A DNA stretch of 64,000 nt from the human T2T-CHM13v2.0 reference genome, Homo sapiens (GCF_009914755.1 NC_060931.1); one strand, 5' to 3'. Numbered from the stretch's first letter, positions 1 through 17,798 are shown. Numbers and translations are program-made. The notes: a model not told the origin generated them from the letters alone.

Positions 1-1217
1 TATTACTTGAAAGCAGGGGTAATAAAAACATTCCTAAACAGTCCCCCAAATTAATTTAGATGGGATTATTAACCTATTTCTCTACTCTAACCTGGGTTTT
101 AATAGTTAATATACTAGAACTTTAATTGTCTGATAAAATGTTCCTTAAAACCCTGCCCATGACACCCTAAGCCTTATTGAGCAGGTTAACCTCAACTTTA
201 CAATGATCTTAGCCGCCAAATCTTCTCCAGTGGTGATTGTTCAGTAAACGTTAAATGGATTATGTACAAAGATGAAGATACCGAGATAAATAAAAGACTT
301 CCCTACAGCCACCATCTATTTACGGACCGTCTGCAGGTTTTCTGCCTATTCCACTGTTATCACCTCTCTATTGATTGACCTTGCTTCTTTCTCTCCCTTA
401 CTACCTGGGATTCATATATTTTAAATAGAACTAGATTTTGTGTGCCACAACTTCTTTATAATGAACTGGATTCCCTAGAAAGGAAGTTTAACTAAATTGT
501 AAATGCTGAGGTACTTAGCTTTGTTTTGAGGACATGTATTTCGGCTTATTGGAAGTAGATATATTTCACCATCGAAGAACTAACAGAGCTTATAGTCCTG
601 TAATTGTATATATATTTTATTTAGAGAAGCAAAGTCTATTTTTAAAAATAGCCCTGTGGTCAAAATTGGGCACAGTTAGTTGGTAAAGGCCACATAATAA
701 ATATTAACTGAAATCCCATGAAATAGCTCTGATTTTATGAGAAATGTGTTTATTCTAGCAACCTCTCTCTCAGTTGTTTAACTTCATTTTTAGAAAGTCT
801 CTCACATTGGTGTATCATAGATGCATGTAACAGGGCCTAGACTTCTCATACAATAAGATTTTAATAATTTGATCACACTGATTTAGGATTTACAACATTA
901 CCACCAAACCAATTAGTTTTTGCATAGTAACTAAAGAAAGCATTTCTCAGGGAATATAAAGTGTAAATACATAAAAGGGAAAAACATTTAAACTATTTTA
1001 AGGGAACAAATGGTATTTAAGAACATTCATAGAATGTACATGTTTACTAATCACAAGAAAATCTCAAGATTTGGTGAAGATTTTCCCTAGCAGTATTTCA
1101 CCTGGCATTTTGCGTGTACTCAAAAGGGCAAAACATTCAATTATGAATATGTATCACTGAACCAAAGCCCTCCTATCAAATTTGCCTGAATAATAAGACA
1201 TTTTGTGGTTACTATAG

Positions 1218-1572
<355 letters not shown>

Positions 1573-1689
1573 TAAAATTGCCTTGAAAAGTCTGAGGACT
1601 CATAGTCATGATGGTACATAGGTGTTTTTTTCGTGAAGAATTAGCTAGAAGCTAATTAACAAAGAAAATGTGGCCTGCCTTCTGCCATT

Positions 1690-2185
1690 TACTCCAGAAT
1701 AGCCTACAAAGCCCTGTGATCTCCTAGCCATTTCCTTTCCAACCTCATGCCTCCCACCACTCGTACCCCTTTTGCCTTGTGCTGTCGTCCAGCCACACAG
1801 GATTTCCTGCAGATGCTCCACAGCAGTACGGCCTCTATACTTCTCTTCCCTCTGCCTGGAATGCTTCCTGCTTACTCCAACCCCTCCAGGACACTGAGCT
1901 GTGACTGGCTCTTTTTTAACATTGTCCTCTCCTCCCTCAGGTTGCCTTCTTAGAGAGGCCTTCTCTGACTCCCCTAAAGATAACATGCCCATGCACACAC
2001 CCCAAGCAACCACTCTCGCCCATCACCCTGCTTTGAGTTCCCCATAGTGCTTAAAGCGACCTGAGGTGTACTTATTTGTCTTAAGATGCAGGGCTCCAAA
2101 AGAGAGGACTGGTGTCTTGTTTTCTGTTATTTCCCCAGGGCCTAGCTCATTAGGCAATCAATAAATATTTGTTGAAAAAATGAGG
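1690..2185 (+). mobile_element. L2 3' end
   Basis: Ends in caataaatatttgttgaa, the typical L2 terminus. Confidence 0.65.
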
Positions 2186-2672
2186 AAATCTTTTTACCCT
2201 TCAGGGTCTGCTCACATATCTCCTCTGTAATTTTCCAGGGCAGAATTAATCACTCTGATATATTTATCGCCTGAGCACTTTGTATATATTGCTCTCATGG
2301 TGCAATTCACAGAAGAGTGACTTGAGCCTGGCAGGTTCATCTGTTTTCTCTTGATTATAAACTCTGACAGTAGGGCGTTCTTATTGCTAATATTTATACT
2401 ACCACTAGTCCTAACACAAAATAGACACCCTGTTAATTTTTTTATAGTTATGTTTCTTCCATTCATTCACCCAACAAATATAAATGTGTGGTAGGCACTG
2501 ATCACAGTGACAAAAGAGTAATCAGTACTGTGGCTTCTGTCCTCATGAAGCTGTAGATTCTTCCCGTTCTCTGAATTCAGACTGATAAACCTACGGGCAT
2601 TTTCATAATAGAAAAGGGTAGGAAGGATGGTTGGATAGAAGGTAAGACCCTTTTTAAAAAGAGGGACCGTCT

Positions 2673-2970
<298 letters not shown>

Positions 2971-3099
2971 CTATGCCTCAATTTCGTTTTTCATATTGTA
3001 GCCCCTCTCATCTATGGAAATTGTTGTAATCTGCTTCACTACCATCTTAGGCCTTCTCACCAAGTTGAGACTAGGCAAAGAAGAACAGAAAAAAGCGTT

Positions 3100-5490
3100 C
3101 TAGACTGAGGGAATACCATATACAAATTCACTCTTGTGAGAGGGAGCATGGCAAGTATGAGACTGGAAAGTGTCCCGTGGGACCCAGCTTCATGGAGCCG
3201 GGGGATCATGGCATATGATGAGTCTGGAGAGCTAGTTAGGCAGAAGCTGGACCTCAGGACATGCACACCATGCGAAGGAGTTTGGAGGTTACCTAAGAGC
3301 AATGGGAGGCTGTGGAAGGGTTTAGGAAAGGGGACAACAGATCCAATTTATATAATACAAAAGAACCTTCTGGCTTCAATGTGGGCAAAACAGATCCTAG
3401 CAAACCTTTGAAGAGGCCATTGCAATAGAGCAAGAAAGGTAGCTTTAATTTTCCGTAGATGGAGAGAAATAGGCAAAGTCTAGAAATGCTTGGAATTTAG
3501 TATTTAAAATCAACTATGGTGACATGTTAGCTAAATGGAAGAGCGGGGAGGAAAGGAATGGCCAAGATGATTGTTAGTGTTCTCTCCTATTCTGAGGGAT
3601 GATCATAGCATTCACTGAGACGCCTGTCATTGGCATAGGGAGAATATGATTTAGGAAGGAAAATAGGAGTCTGTTTTTGGTCATGTTGAATTTGAGGTAC
3701 CTTTGAGACATCAAAGGGGAGATAATAGGTAAGCAGCTGGTTGAAGAGGTCTGAAAGAGAGAAAAACATTGTGAGTCTTAAGGTGTAGGTGATATTTAAG
3801 CCTTGGGTGCAGATCATGCAAGCTGAGAGTTTGGAGTAAAAAGAGGAAAGGCCTCAAGATCAAGCCTTGAGAAACCCAGCATCCAGTGGACCAGGTAAAA
3901 GAAGGTGGCCCATCAGAGGAGATGGAAGACACAGCCAGAGATAGGAAGAAAGCCAGGACAGTGTTTTGTCATGGGAGCCAAGAGAAAGATAACATATAAA
4001 CAAGGAAGGAGTGGTTAACTTTGTCAAACACTGCTAAGGGAGGGGTCCAGAAAAAAGCATTGAAGAATATCACTGGATTTTGTGATTTGTAGTGGAATGA
4101 GAGGACAGAAGTCAGATGGAGGGGCAGAATATGAATGGAAGGAAAGGAAATGTGAACATTCATTCTATACATCTAGAGGACCAATGTGATGGAGACAGAA
4201 ACAAACAGCTAACAGAACAATAGAGTAAGCATGCTGTGTACACCATGCTGTGGAGCAGGGACGGGGCAGCCATTAAGCCCTCCCTGGAAGGAGCAGGGGA
4301 GGCCAGGGCAGGCTTTACAGAGGAATTGGTTCTTTATTGAGACCCATCATGCATGGAATGAGGGATGAGAATAAATCTGTCAGGCAGAAAAGGGGAGAGG
4401 GCGTCCTGAACAAAGGCAGTACGTGTGTAAAGGCATGAGATGTGGGAGTAGCTGTGTTATTTAGGGATTACAGACTGTTTGATTTGGAGCACAGATTGCC
4501 TTTGGAGCCGTGACAGATTAATCTTGAAAAGGAAGCAGGGGCCCAATCTTAAAACACTGGGTGTTAGAGTGAAGTATTTGTAATTTACCAGTGTTTCTCA
4601 GCTTACCTTTGGAAATATTCTTAATGGCAGAAAACATTAAGTGAGGACCCTTTATAATGCAAGCACAAACTTTCCTTTCAAATTTCGTGTTTTAAAAATT
4701 TAATGAATTTTACATTCTAGTCCATAATATATTTGCTTGTCTTTTTATGTGAAAGTATCTTAGGTTATTTTCCACTGGGTAAAAATGACTCCATGGATAT
4801 GAACCTCACTGATTCTGTGGCTCTGGGGAGCTCTTTCCCATTACTGTACATGTCCTCACCCCACATATCCCCACTCACAAGTCCAGAGAGAACTTAGGGT
4901 AGAAGTCATCAGTATGTAAGTGGCAGCTGAAGCTTTGGAAGTAGATGAAATCGCTCCAAAATAGAATGCAGAGTGGTGGGAGAAGAGGGCCATGCAGCGA
5001 GAGATCCTGAACAACACAAATATTTAAAAGGAGGACAGAAGGAAAACATTGAGAAAATTGTGAGGGATCTGTAGAAGAAGGAAGAGACCCAAGGTGGAGA
5101 AAATGGGGAGGAATTTCAACAATACAAGGATGCTTGACAGTGCCCAGTGCTACAGAAATCATTGCATGCAAAATAGTCCCTGAAAGACACAGACGGGATT
5201 TGGTGGGTCTTTGATTATTGAAGTTATTGTGACCTTAATGAAGGCAGATTCAGTCAAGGGGTCAGAAGAGATTTAGTTGCACTGAGAAAACAATACCAAT
5301 TGTGCTTGACCATGCTTTCAAGAAGCTGAGCTTTGAGGGAATAGTAGGAGCAAGCGTGCTGCATGCAAGGAGATTCAGGATCATGGGGAATGGTTTCCAT
5401 AAGGTAGGGATAGAAACATATTTATATGCTGAGGAAGAGCCAGAGTAGGGGAAGAGATTGAAAATACAAGAGAGTACAGGCCTGCTGCCT
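3100..5490 (-). mobile_element. Cluster of degraded L2 fragments
   Basis: Antisense L2-like motifs, e.g. ttttggtcatgttgaatttgaggtac...gagacatc; purine-rich composition. Confidence 0.55.
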
Positions 5491-5653
5491 TATACATAGG
5501 CAATAAATTGTAAAAATATTTCTTTAACAAATGACTGTTTACTGTTAAATTCCTCAGTCTCAGTTTCATAGGTGAAATATGTTTTATGGGCTGCATGTTT
5601 TGTGTACTTAATCATAGTTATATTGATTTTTGCGGGGGTGTATTTTCTTTTAG

Positions 5654-5780
5654 CCTCAGAATATTCTGTTGACAAGTGAATCTCCATTGGGTGACATTAA
5701 GATTGTTGATTTTGGCCTTTCAAGAATATTGAAGAACAGTGAAGAGCTCCGAGAAATTATGGGTACCCCTGAATATGTGG
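5654..5780 (+). CDS. STK17A: STK17A (DRAK1) internal coding exon (exon 4 by recall): kinase subdomains VIb-VIII
   Basis: ttttctttTAG| acceptor and |GTAAGT donor; translates [42 protein letters not shown] (DFG and GTPEY motifs of the DAPK/DRAK family); 127 bp. Confidence 0.97.
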
Positions 5781-6424
5781 GTAAGTATTCATAAAAGTAG
5801 TTTTGTTCTGGGGTCAGGCATCACCTTCATTAGGGGACTTGTCCATGTGGCATGACTCATAGTGGAGCCAGCTATCTACTATGTTGAAATTCTACCATCA
5901 GAGATCTATTCCTTTGGATTACATTTTACAATGGAAAACGTTCAAGAGTAAGATACCAAATTGGTGATCTCTTCACTATCTCTTCACTACAGAGCTAAGA
6001 GAATTTGAAGGGATTACTTCTAAAAGGAATAGGAGAGGATTTTCTTAACAAAGTAGGATATTAGCTTATCTGAGGGTGGGAGGATATTTAACAAGTAAGG
6101 ACCTTTAAGGATGTTCTGGTTGATAACAAACATTGACAAAGGAATTGCCAAGTCTGAGGCTCCATAGAAGTGTGGAGCAGAGAGGGCATTTGGTTGGATC
6201 CATGGTTGAGTGCTTCTGGCAGAAAGAAAAAGGAGCTTAAACATTGAAGGTAGCAGCAAGAAAGCAGCTGAATGATGATACTCCATGGGTGTAGGCGTAT
6301 CATCAAAGAAGTCAACTATTACTTTCTTTGATAGACTGAGGAAAATTGGAGTTTGAAAGATTAATAGTTTGATGGTCTTTTTAAGGTATCTGTAGAATAA
6401 GGCTGTGAAACTGAGAGGTTGTGA

Positions 6425-6757
<333 letters not shown>

Positions 6758-7519
6758 TTAAAATTTCAGTGGTGAAATAGCTCTTTGTAATTATGAGGCC
6801 TTGGATATAAGGCTGGAAAGGCAGTTTTTTAGACCAGGAAATCAAGAAGCTGTGAAGGTAGGCTGTCTGGGTCATGGACATCAGTGTGGAAGTCACCTAG
6901 GCTGCCAGCAGACCTGGGAGAAGAGGAGGGCGGCCGTGGCAGGAATGGAGAAGGCTGTGGCCTGGGCCTGAGGGAAGACTCTGTGCCTGAGGGTAGAAGT
7001 GTGAAGTGAGCAAATACAGGCTAGAAGAGGGGGAATGAAGAGAGCAGGGTCTCCTTTCAGAGAAGAGGGTAAAAGGAGTGAGTAGTTCTTGAAGGACTGA
7101 GGATGTTACAAGAAAAGAGCTATCCGGAGCACAGAAAGACTCAGGAGGGCCGATAGGGTTGAAGAAAACAAACCTGTATGGCAATGATAGTTCAAAAAAT
7201 AATTCAGAGATTTTTTAAAAGATCCTTAGTTAATTAGATAATAAAAGATGCCACAGGCACAGAAACAACCTTTAAAATTTTTTATATATTTTAATGGGCC
7301 AGAATACTTAATTTTCAGTACACTGACTAATATGCGTCATGACCACTAAGTAAGTTTTGGGGATGTGACTTAATAGTGTTTCTTTAGGGAAAACAGCAAC
7401 CCAAGTGTTTTAGCCAAATTTAATGGGTACCATTGTAAGCTCAAATACACAAGACTGCAGAATGTAGGTCTGTGAGCTGAAAAATCAAAATAGTAATTAT
7501 TGCCCTGAATGAGGTGGGT

Positions 7520-7745
7520 TTTTGTTTTGTTTTAATGCTTTCTTTGTTGTTGTTTGAGAGAGTCTCACTCTGCCACCCAGGCTGGAATGCAGTGGCACCA
7601 TCATAGCTTGCTGCAGCTCCCAACTTGAGCTCCTCCTGCCTCAGCCTCCCGAGTAGCTGGGACCACAGGCACGTGCCAGCACAGCGGGCCAGTTTTTTGT
7701 TTGTTTTTTTGGTAAAGATGGGTCTCACTGTGTTGCCCAGGCTAG
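7520..7745 (-). mobile_element. Alu (AluJ-like, partial)
   Basis: Antisense right arm plus part of the left arm. Confidence 0.85.
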
Positions 7746-7984
7746 TGATTTGTTTTAGAGCTTTCTGTTCCTTAGTAAATTTTAAATTTTCTATCAAGAG
7801 CCTTTCCCCATCTCAAAACATTATAATGGAAGTACAAGCTCAATCCAAAAAGAAAAAAACTAAAAATGATTCAAAAGTACATAATACAGAAAAACAAAGG
7901 GACTCTCCTCTTTTTCCTTCCGTGACTCACCTTTTAAAAGGTGAGTTTATGCCTCCCACAGTCATTTTACATACACACAGAAAC

Positions 7985-8190
7985 TGGTGTGAGTTCTGGC
8001 CCTGTACTTGCCATCTATGTGACCTTGGCCCTTAAATCTCTTTATACCTCAGATTCCTCTGTCCATAAAAAGGGGCTAGTAATAGTACCGACCTCATAGG
8101 GAATTTGTAAGGATTTCATTGGATTTGCTGTACAAAGCCCTTAAACCAGTATTCAGCACATAATAAGCACTCAAAAAAGTAAGCTATTGG
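7985..8190 (+). mobile_element. MIR
   Basis: tgtgaccttgg...ctcagattcctc...taatagtacc.acctcatagg core. Confidence 0.7.
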
Positions 8191-8682
8191 TATTTCCTGT
8201 ACCCTTCCTCCCACAGTCTTGCTATGTGGTCTGTTTTACTGTTTCTTCCCCGGTAATTTGGATGCTATGCATTTCATTTTTAATTTCCTAGTCACTTCTT
8301 TTGAAACTTTAACATTCACAACCTCTGTTTCTCACTCAACCATTTCAGAAATCAAAATTTAGGAGATTAGCATACCTCGCATTTCCTTTCCAACCTCTTC
8401 CTCCCACTCATTTATTCTATGGGGGTTTGTCACAAATGAGTAGTAGATACATGACCTTGAGTATTTCGTTTTTTCATAGAAATAGAACATTTTCATTCCT
8501 TTTTTTAATTGTAATTACCACAGTTTTTAGTCTTTGGTCTGTTTTTCCGTGGATTCAGTACTTATTGACTGCATTTTAATAGTTTAGCCTCCTTATTTGT
8601 ATAGTTTTGAAAAAAAAAATCTTTAGTTAAGTGGATTGTGAGTAGATTTTTTTAAGGAGCATTTTTATAATATTTTTCCTGA

Positions 8683-9035
<353 letters not shown>

Positions 9036-9630
9036 CAGCCTCAAAGCATATTATTTTTCTCAATTCTATAGATGCAACTTAGTTGCCTTTGTCCCATGCC
9101 TGTAGTGTCAGAATGCCCAATTTTTTTTTTTAACCTTGTTGACTTTTTGTTAATGGGTAGATGTTTTAAAAAGCTCACTCTGACTGCAACAGAAAAATAG
9201 ATCAGAGGGGTGGGACAAGTAGTTGAAAAGGCCCAGGTGAGAGGAGAAAGTGCCACGGGTGAGGGTGGGGCAATGGAGAAGCAGAAATATCAGTGGTAGT
9301 GAGAAAGTTTTAAAAGCCATGATCTGATAGAGACAATGCTTAATAACACAGAGATTGTCAGTTTATGTTTGGTGTTTTTAAAATATTTAAATATTTTGTA
9401 AAATACTAGGGACTCAACAATGGTGGGTAGAAGTGTGAAAAGTAAACAAGTTAATTACAAACATCTAGTTAGGCTTTATATTAATTCATATTAATTTATG
9501 GTAACCTTTCATTTTAGCCCAAACGTTGGATAGTGCCTTATAGTTTCTAATGCTTAGTTTTTTATCTCTTAGAGCAAATTAGGAATTTTTTTCCACAAAA
9601 CTAAATGTTTTCTTCTCTTTCTGATACTAG

Positions 9631-9679
9631 CTCCTGAAATTCTTAGTTATGATCCTATAAGCATGGCAACAGATATGTG
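9631..9679 (+). CDS. STK17A: STK17A coding exon (exon 5)
   Basis: TAG| ... |GTAAGA; 49 bp; continues the frame as (A)PEILSYDPISMATDM(W), completing the APE motif. Confidence 0.97.
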
Positions 9680-9762
9680 GTAAGAGTTATTAATGAAAAA
9701 TTGATCAAATTAGTTTCAAGAAATGAGTATGGTACTAAATTTTTCTTGCATTTTCTTTCTAA

Positions 9763-9948
<186 letters not shown>

Positions 9949-10576
9949 TAAGTATTATTTTTATTAGTTTAATATTGAACTAATTCAATATTAAAAAATT
10001 CAGTATTAAAAAACTGACAGTTTTTTCTTGAATCTCCTCCAACCAAAAATAGTTCAACTTCTAAAACACCATAATGGAAACACAAAAATGTTGACATAAA
10101 TCTAGGTGAAACCCTTGGCTTAATATAACTTGAAAGAAAAGGGGGCAAAAATGAAAATATTTTGAGAAAATGTGAACCATACCTCAGTATAACAGGATTT
10201 AAATATTAATTAGCAAAACTGTATTATTGCAAATGTGTCATGGCAGTAAATAGCACTCATAATTCATGGTTAGTAGAAATTGACAGTGAAATGACAGCTA
10301 ATCTCTAGCAGATACTTCCCATCTGTTCTTGGTGTCTCTCAAGAGAGCGTTTCAGACATAACTTACTTAAAATATTTCAACATTTTCACAAAATTTTCAG
10401 CATTGTGGGAAATTGCACCCAAATTCCAAGACTAATAGTTTTATTCAGGAATCACAGTAAGATTTTTGCCAACTTGTCAGACTTCCCAAAATATAATGCA
10501 ATAAATACAGTACCTTATGCTCTAATTTTAATTGAAGTTCTAACATGTCTTAACTGTAAAACATGTATCTTTACAG

Positions 10577-10901
10577 AGATCGAGCCACTGCTGAAGAATG
10601 TCTAAAGCACCCCTGGTTGACACAGAGCAGTATTCAAGAGCCTTCTTTCAGGATGGAAAAGGCACTAGAAGAAGCAAATGCCCTCCAAGAAGGTCATTCT
10701 GTGCCTGAAATTAATTCGGATACCGACAAATCAGAAACCGAGGAATCCATTGTAACCGAAGAGTTAATTGTAGTTACTTCATATACTCTAGGACAATGCA
10801 GACAGTCTGAAAAAGAGAAAATGGAGCAAAAGGCCATTTCCAAACGATTTAAATTTGAGGAACCTTTGCTACAAGAAATTCCAGGAGAATTTATCTACTG
10901 A
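10577..10901 (+). CDS. STK17A: STK17A last coding exon (exon 7): kinase end and C-terminal tail
   Basis: ttTACAG| acceptor; [14 protein letters not shown]...[23 protein letters not shown] (10899-10901); matches ORF 10563..10901. Confidence 0.97.
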
Positions 10902-11812
10902 GCAATATTTCCCTTTAGAACTTCAAGATTTCTACATTGAAAATGTTAATATTATTTATGGACCTCTGGCCAAATGGTACATGTACTGGAAGTGGATAAC
11001 CAGTATCACTTACACAAACAAAAATAACTTTGTCAAATTTGTGGAGTTAGGTGGAAGCCAGATTTTAAAAGTTGCCAACCAGGAGATTTAACAGGTACAG
11101 TTACCCGTTTCAATGTTATTTTTAAGAAGGGAGATGTTGGCACCTTTGAATTCTACATCCTGTTTCTCCAGAATGAGAATTTGTGTACAAAGATATTTGT
11201 ATTCACTTTCTTTAAAAAATCCAAGTAAAAGTGCCAAAACTACACTTCTGTAAATCTCTTGCATTATTCATATGTGTATCTATATCTGCATAATGTTTGT
11301 TAATGTCTACTAAAATTGCTACTTTTTCACTTTGGATTTGTTTTTGGCAAAATTTTAGTCTAAACAGACATCTAAATTTTCGAGACTTAGAATAACATTC
11401 ACTAAAGTTTGATAATGTCTTTTTTAAATATTTTCTTACTGCTTTATAGTGACTTGATTTGGTTTCTGTTGTGTTTTTGCCTAAATACTAGTAACATATC
11501 AGTGAAAAACCCTAATTTTTTTTCTCTTCAATGTCACTAGTAAGAGAGGTGGTAATTTTTCACCTCTGAAATTATTCTGGGTTTAGGTGTCAGCTCTTGA
11601 GCTGCTTCCCTCATCACACCACACTCACATGCATCTGTTCTCTCTCACACTCTATACCCCTGCCACTTCCTGGCACCTCCCCCCATGCTTGTCATTTAAT
11701 TTTGGCCACTTGTAGGTATCAGTGTGATCTGATCAACACTCTGGTTACCTTGGTCAGTGAAAAGATGCTACTATATTGCTTTTGTCCCAAAGTGAGTAAA
11801 ATCCCCTAGAGC

Positions 11813-11836
11813 AGAGAGAGAGAGAGAGAGAGAGAG
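11813..11836 (+). repeat. (AG)12 microsatellite in STK17A 3'UTR
   Basis: Perfect dinucleotide run. Confidence 0.95.
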
Positions 11837-12825
11837 TGTCTTCATGCCAACCACAGCCTGTTTCTGCTGAGTTTCTTATCAGCCCTCAAGCTATGCTAGG
11901 AAAAGTTATAAAATGCCAAAATATTTATAAACATTTACTTTGTCCATAAAAAATTTACATTGGATACTCTGTAAGTAGGAGGTACTTTGTCCCAAAAAGA
12001 TGTATAAGAATGTACTAATAGTTTTATTTGATTAGGATTGAACAGTTCAGTTGTATCTATGCCCCACAGTGACCAGTAAAGTCCAATTAAAATATGGAAA
12101 TGTAAAAGTGTATGCCGAATACCTTAAAGTAACTAATTATCCTTACACACAAAAGGCTCAGTGCATTAAATATTTGCCTATCACCTGTGTGCTGTGTACC
12201 GTGGCCATGCCTCGCTCTGCACTATGAACAACTCAGACCTGTCCCTTCACGGTCTGATTAGGGTGTCACACAAAGCTCTCTCCCTAACATGGTTTCTCAA
12301 CTGTCAAAATCATGAAAATGACAGCACCTAACCACTATTTTAAAGTATGTACAGTAAATACCCAAATGTGTGTAAATGTCATAGACATATACAAAGTCAG
12401 TAATCTCACCCAGTCCTGCTGTGTGAACCTGTCAAAGCACCTGGGAGTGCCCTTTACACCATTAGGTGAAATTCATCAGGCACTTCAGACAACCAGGTTG
12501 CACTGTTTTCTCACTAAATTGGCTTTATTTATACAGTTTCCTGGAACCTAGCATTCCTAAACAAGCTCCAAAATGCAGAAGAAGAAATTGTGCCACAGTG
12601 ATAGAGTTTTTAATGAATATCCATGGCCACAGTTTTGAGTCTCAGGTAAGTCTTGGAAGAAGTTAAACACAGTATTAGGCAAATATTTATCTCTCTGAAA
12701 AAATAGGGAGGAGGTGACCAGGAAAAAATAACCACTATTGAATGACACGTTTGTACTTGATGGATCTGTCATCAAGTTTTAAAATCAGAATCATTTGGGC
12801 TTTTTAAAAACCATTTTATACTCGT

Positions 12826-12831
12826 AATAAA
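12826..12831 (+). terminator. Candidate STK17A polyadenylation signal AATAAA
   Basis: AATAAA followed by U/GU-rich sequence (tgctgtatttgtg...tctgttttcttt). Confidence 0.6.
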
Positions 12832-13789
12832 TATATTTAATATAATTGCTGTATTTGTGAGAAAGATCTGTTTTCTTTTAGCTGGCCACTTCAGTTTGCT
12901 GCGTATCTTTAGCTGCTGTTGTGCTTAAATACTGAGTCATAGGGTGCTTTTTTAAGAGGCCCTTCAGAATATACTTGTAAAGGTGTATTGGCATTTTTTG
13001 GTTTATAAGATAAAAACAGGGCATGAAGAGCCTTCATAGTATTAGGCCAAATAAAATCTATTAATAACTGCCAGCTAGCTCTACACTTATCTAAAGCTGT
13101 TAATGTTCCTTTTTTTCTATCACCAAATTTATAAAGGACTAAACAGTACTATTGAGTTTACTCGGTTTATAAATCCAGTTTTAACTATAATTCAACAATA
13201 TTTTGGTGTGGTGAAACGTTGTTTATGAAATGTATAAAATGTATAAGTTTTAATCAACTGGGAAATGATATTTGATTGATCTTGTGTTTTGTTGTTTTCA
13301 AATGAAAACTAGGAGGTAATTAATACCTTTCTCTAGTAGTGGTATAGAGGAAGGACAGATGCTCATTGTTGAATCTCTTAAATTTTTCCAGCTAACCTCA
13401 GTTTGGAAGAAAAATGTATTAAAGGGTTATAAAGATCACTTAGAGAATGTGAGACAGAACATGAATTATAGTCCTCAGTAATGTAATGGGGGTGGTGCGT
13501 GACTCAGTCCATAGAGGCCTATACCTGTTTAGAAAAAATAAATACCAATCCATGGACACCAACATACATGAATATAGATAGGAGAAAGATGACTAGCATC
13601 AGCAGACTAATCCTAAATACATTTTAAACTCACACCTCAATTTGAATTAGACTGATAAAAATGAAAAATAGCCATGTACTATATTTATTGTCCAAGATTG
13701 GCCACCTCATCCATTCTATCTGTTGCGGAATTTAAAAAGCTAGATTGAACACCTTGATCTTAACCTCGAGAGCCTTAATCACTATTGTT

Positions 13790-15600
<1,811 letters not shown>

Positions 15601-16043
15601 ATTTCAGCTTTTTTTGTTTGCTTTTAATACCCCAACTCTCATTTTTAGCTCATCATGCCTAACCAGAACTATGTTATAAATTATTTAAATGAGTCTTTTG
15701 AAACTTTTGTTGGTAACAGTGGGAGTAAGTTTGCTTGAACTGAAATTTATAGTAACAAAATTGGATGGAATCCCTCCTCTACTTTTTCAGATTAGAGATG
15801 CAATAATGGAATCGCAGAGGGAATATGTGATTTGCCCAAGAGCTCACAGCTGGTTATGGGCAGAACAAAGGACAGAATCATTCAGATTTCCTGACTGCTC
15901 GTCAAGAACTTTTACCTCCGTGGATTCTACCTTTGGCCCCATTTTAACGTCCAAAGTAGTTTTTAAAAATTACTTTTGTGTAACTTAATTTTGGGTTTCT
16001 TTTTTAATAACTAGAGGACAGTTAACCTGAGATGAGGCTAGTG

Positions 16044-16243
16044 CAGAGGTCAGCATACTGTGGCCTGTGCTGCCTGTTTGGTGAGGTTTTATTAGAACAG
16101 CCACACCTGTGTGTTTACATTTTGTCTGTGGATGCCTTCACACTACACCGCGCGGGTGAACAGTTGTGACAGAGATCTGAAGGCCCGTACAGCCTAAGGT
16201 ATTTAGTATCTGGCCCTTTACAGAAAAAGTTTGCCAACCCCCA
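16044..16243 (+). mobile_element. MER58A-like hAT-Charlie MITE
   Basis: cagaggtcagca... and ...ctggccctttacagaaaaagtttgccaacccc termini. Confidence 0.8.
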
Positions 16244-17256
16244 GGCAATTATAATCTAAATATATTTAAAATAGATATTTTCTATTTAAAACCAATCTTG
16301 ACACAGTCCTTTGGGGAGCAGCTTATTTTACATGGCAGGATAATCTTATGACATTTTCTCCTTGCCATTTTTATTGAAATAAGTGGAGATTTTATTTACT
16401 AAAAATAAAACTATTTTTCCTAAATATGTTAGCAGCAGAAAAGTATCTCAGTTTCAATACATTGTGATGGGTTTGCATGAAAATTAGTATCTCTTTAGTT
16501 ATCTCAAGTAACCAGCTTTCTAATAAATTGTAAGAGAAGTATACCTAGAAGATAAAGTATTTGGGAAGAGATATGTTTAATCCTCAGCTGCAATTATTCA
16601 GGTGAGGAGGACTGTCACCTCATCCCTGCCCCCGCTTTTTTTCTCTAAGCCAATAAAACTGTACCCTGTCCCTTTTAAAGCAGCATATTCAATACTTTCA
16701 TCCTATACTTTTTAAAGCTTTTGATTTCGCAATAGTTACAGACTTACAGGGAGTTGAAAAGACAGTACAGATACATCTTTACGTAACTACAGGAAATTGA
16801 TATTTGCACAATGTATATCATTTTATGCCATTTTATCTTCCTACCAACACATTTGAGATATGGAACTGCTTCACTGCTATATAAAGATCTGTTGATATCT
16901 ACATTTTACCAGTTAGAGTGAAATGTAGAAAACTCTCTTGCCCGTCCCCTCCCCACCCCATTTATAATTGTCTTAAACATAACCTGCTACGTACATTGAG
17001 ATCTATGTCAGACAATTTTGCTTCCACTACCAATTTAGAAAACTCAAGGAGGAAAGTCTATTGTATTTACCCATATTTTTGCTGTTTCCATCGTTATTCC
17101 TGACATCCCAAAACTTTTTTTTTTTAAATGTTTCCTTTCTGGTTCAAGAACTTCCTTTAGGGTTGGTCTTTTCAAGGTCTATAGGGTAGACTCATTCAAC
17201 AAATTCTTTTAGTTTTCTATCAACCGAGAATGTTTTTATTACCCCATCAATCCTGA

Positions 17257-17711
<455 letters not shown>

Positions 17712-17798
17712 TGATGCTTTCAAGCTTTTTTCTGTCTTTAGTTTTCAGAAGTCTGTCCTATCATGGACTTCTTTGGGTTTCACTCAGCTTCTTAAATA

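Larger units (their letters stand above)
10902..13440 (+). other. STK17A: STK17A 3'UTR (long, AU-rich; end approximate)
   Basis: Repeat-poor AU-rich sequence after the stop codon, with candidate signals AATAAA 12826-12831 and ATTAAA 13418-13423. Confidence 0.7.

Noticed and set aside
5654-5659. Alternative acceptor 6 nt downstream (TAG CCT CAG) that would delete PQ from the catalytic loop
   Set aside because: The first AG after the pyrimidine tract is normally used; no evidence of use from sequence alone
5967-5988. 11-bp tandem duplication ATCTCTTCACT x2 (similar 14-bp duplication at about 21917-21947)
   Set aside because: Ordinary slippage duplications with no functional cue
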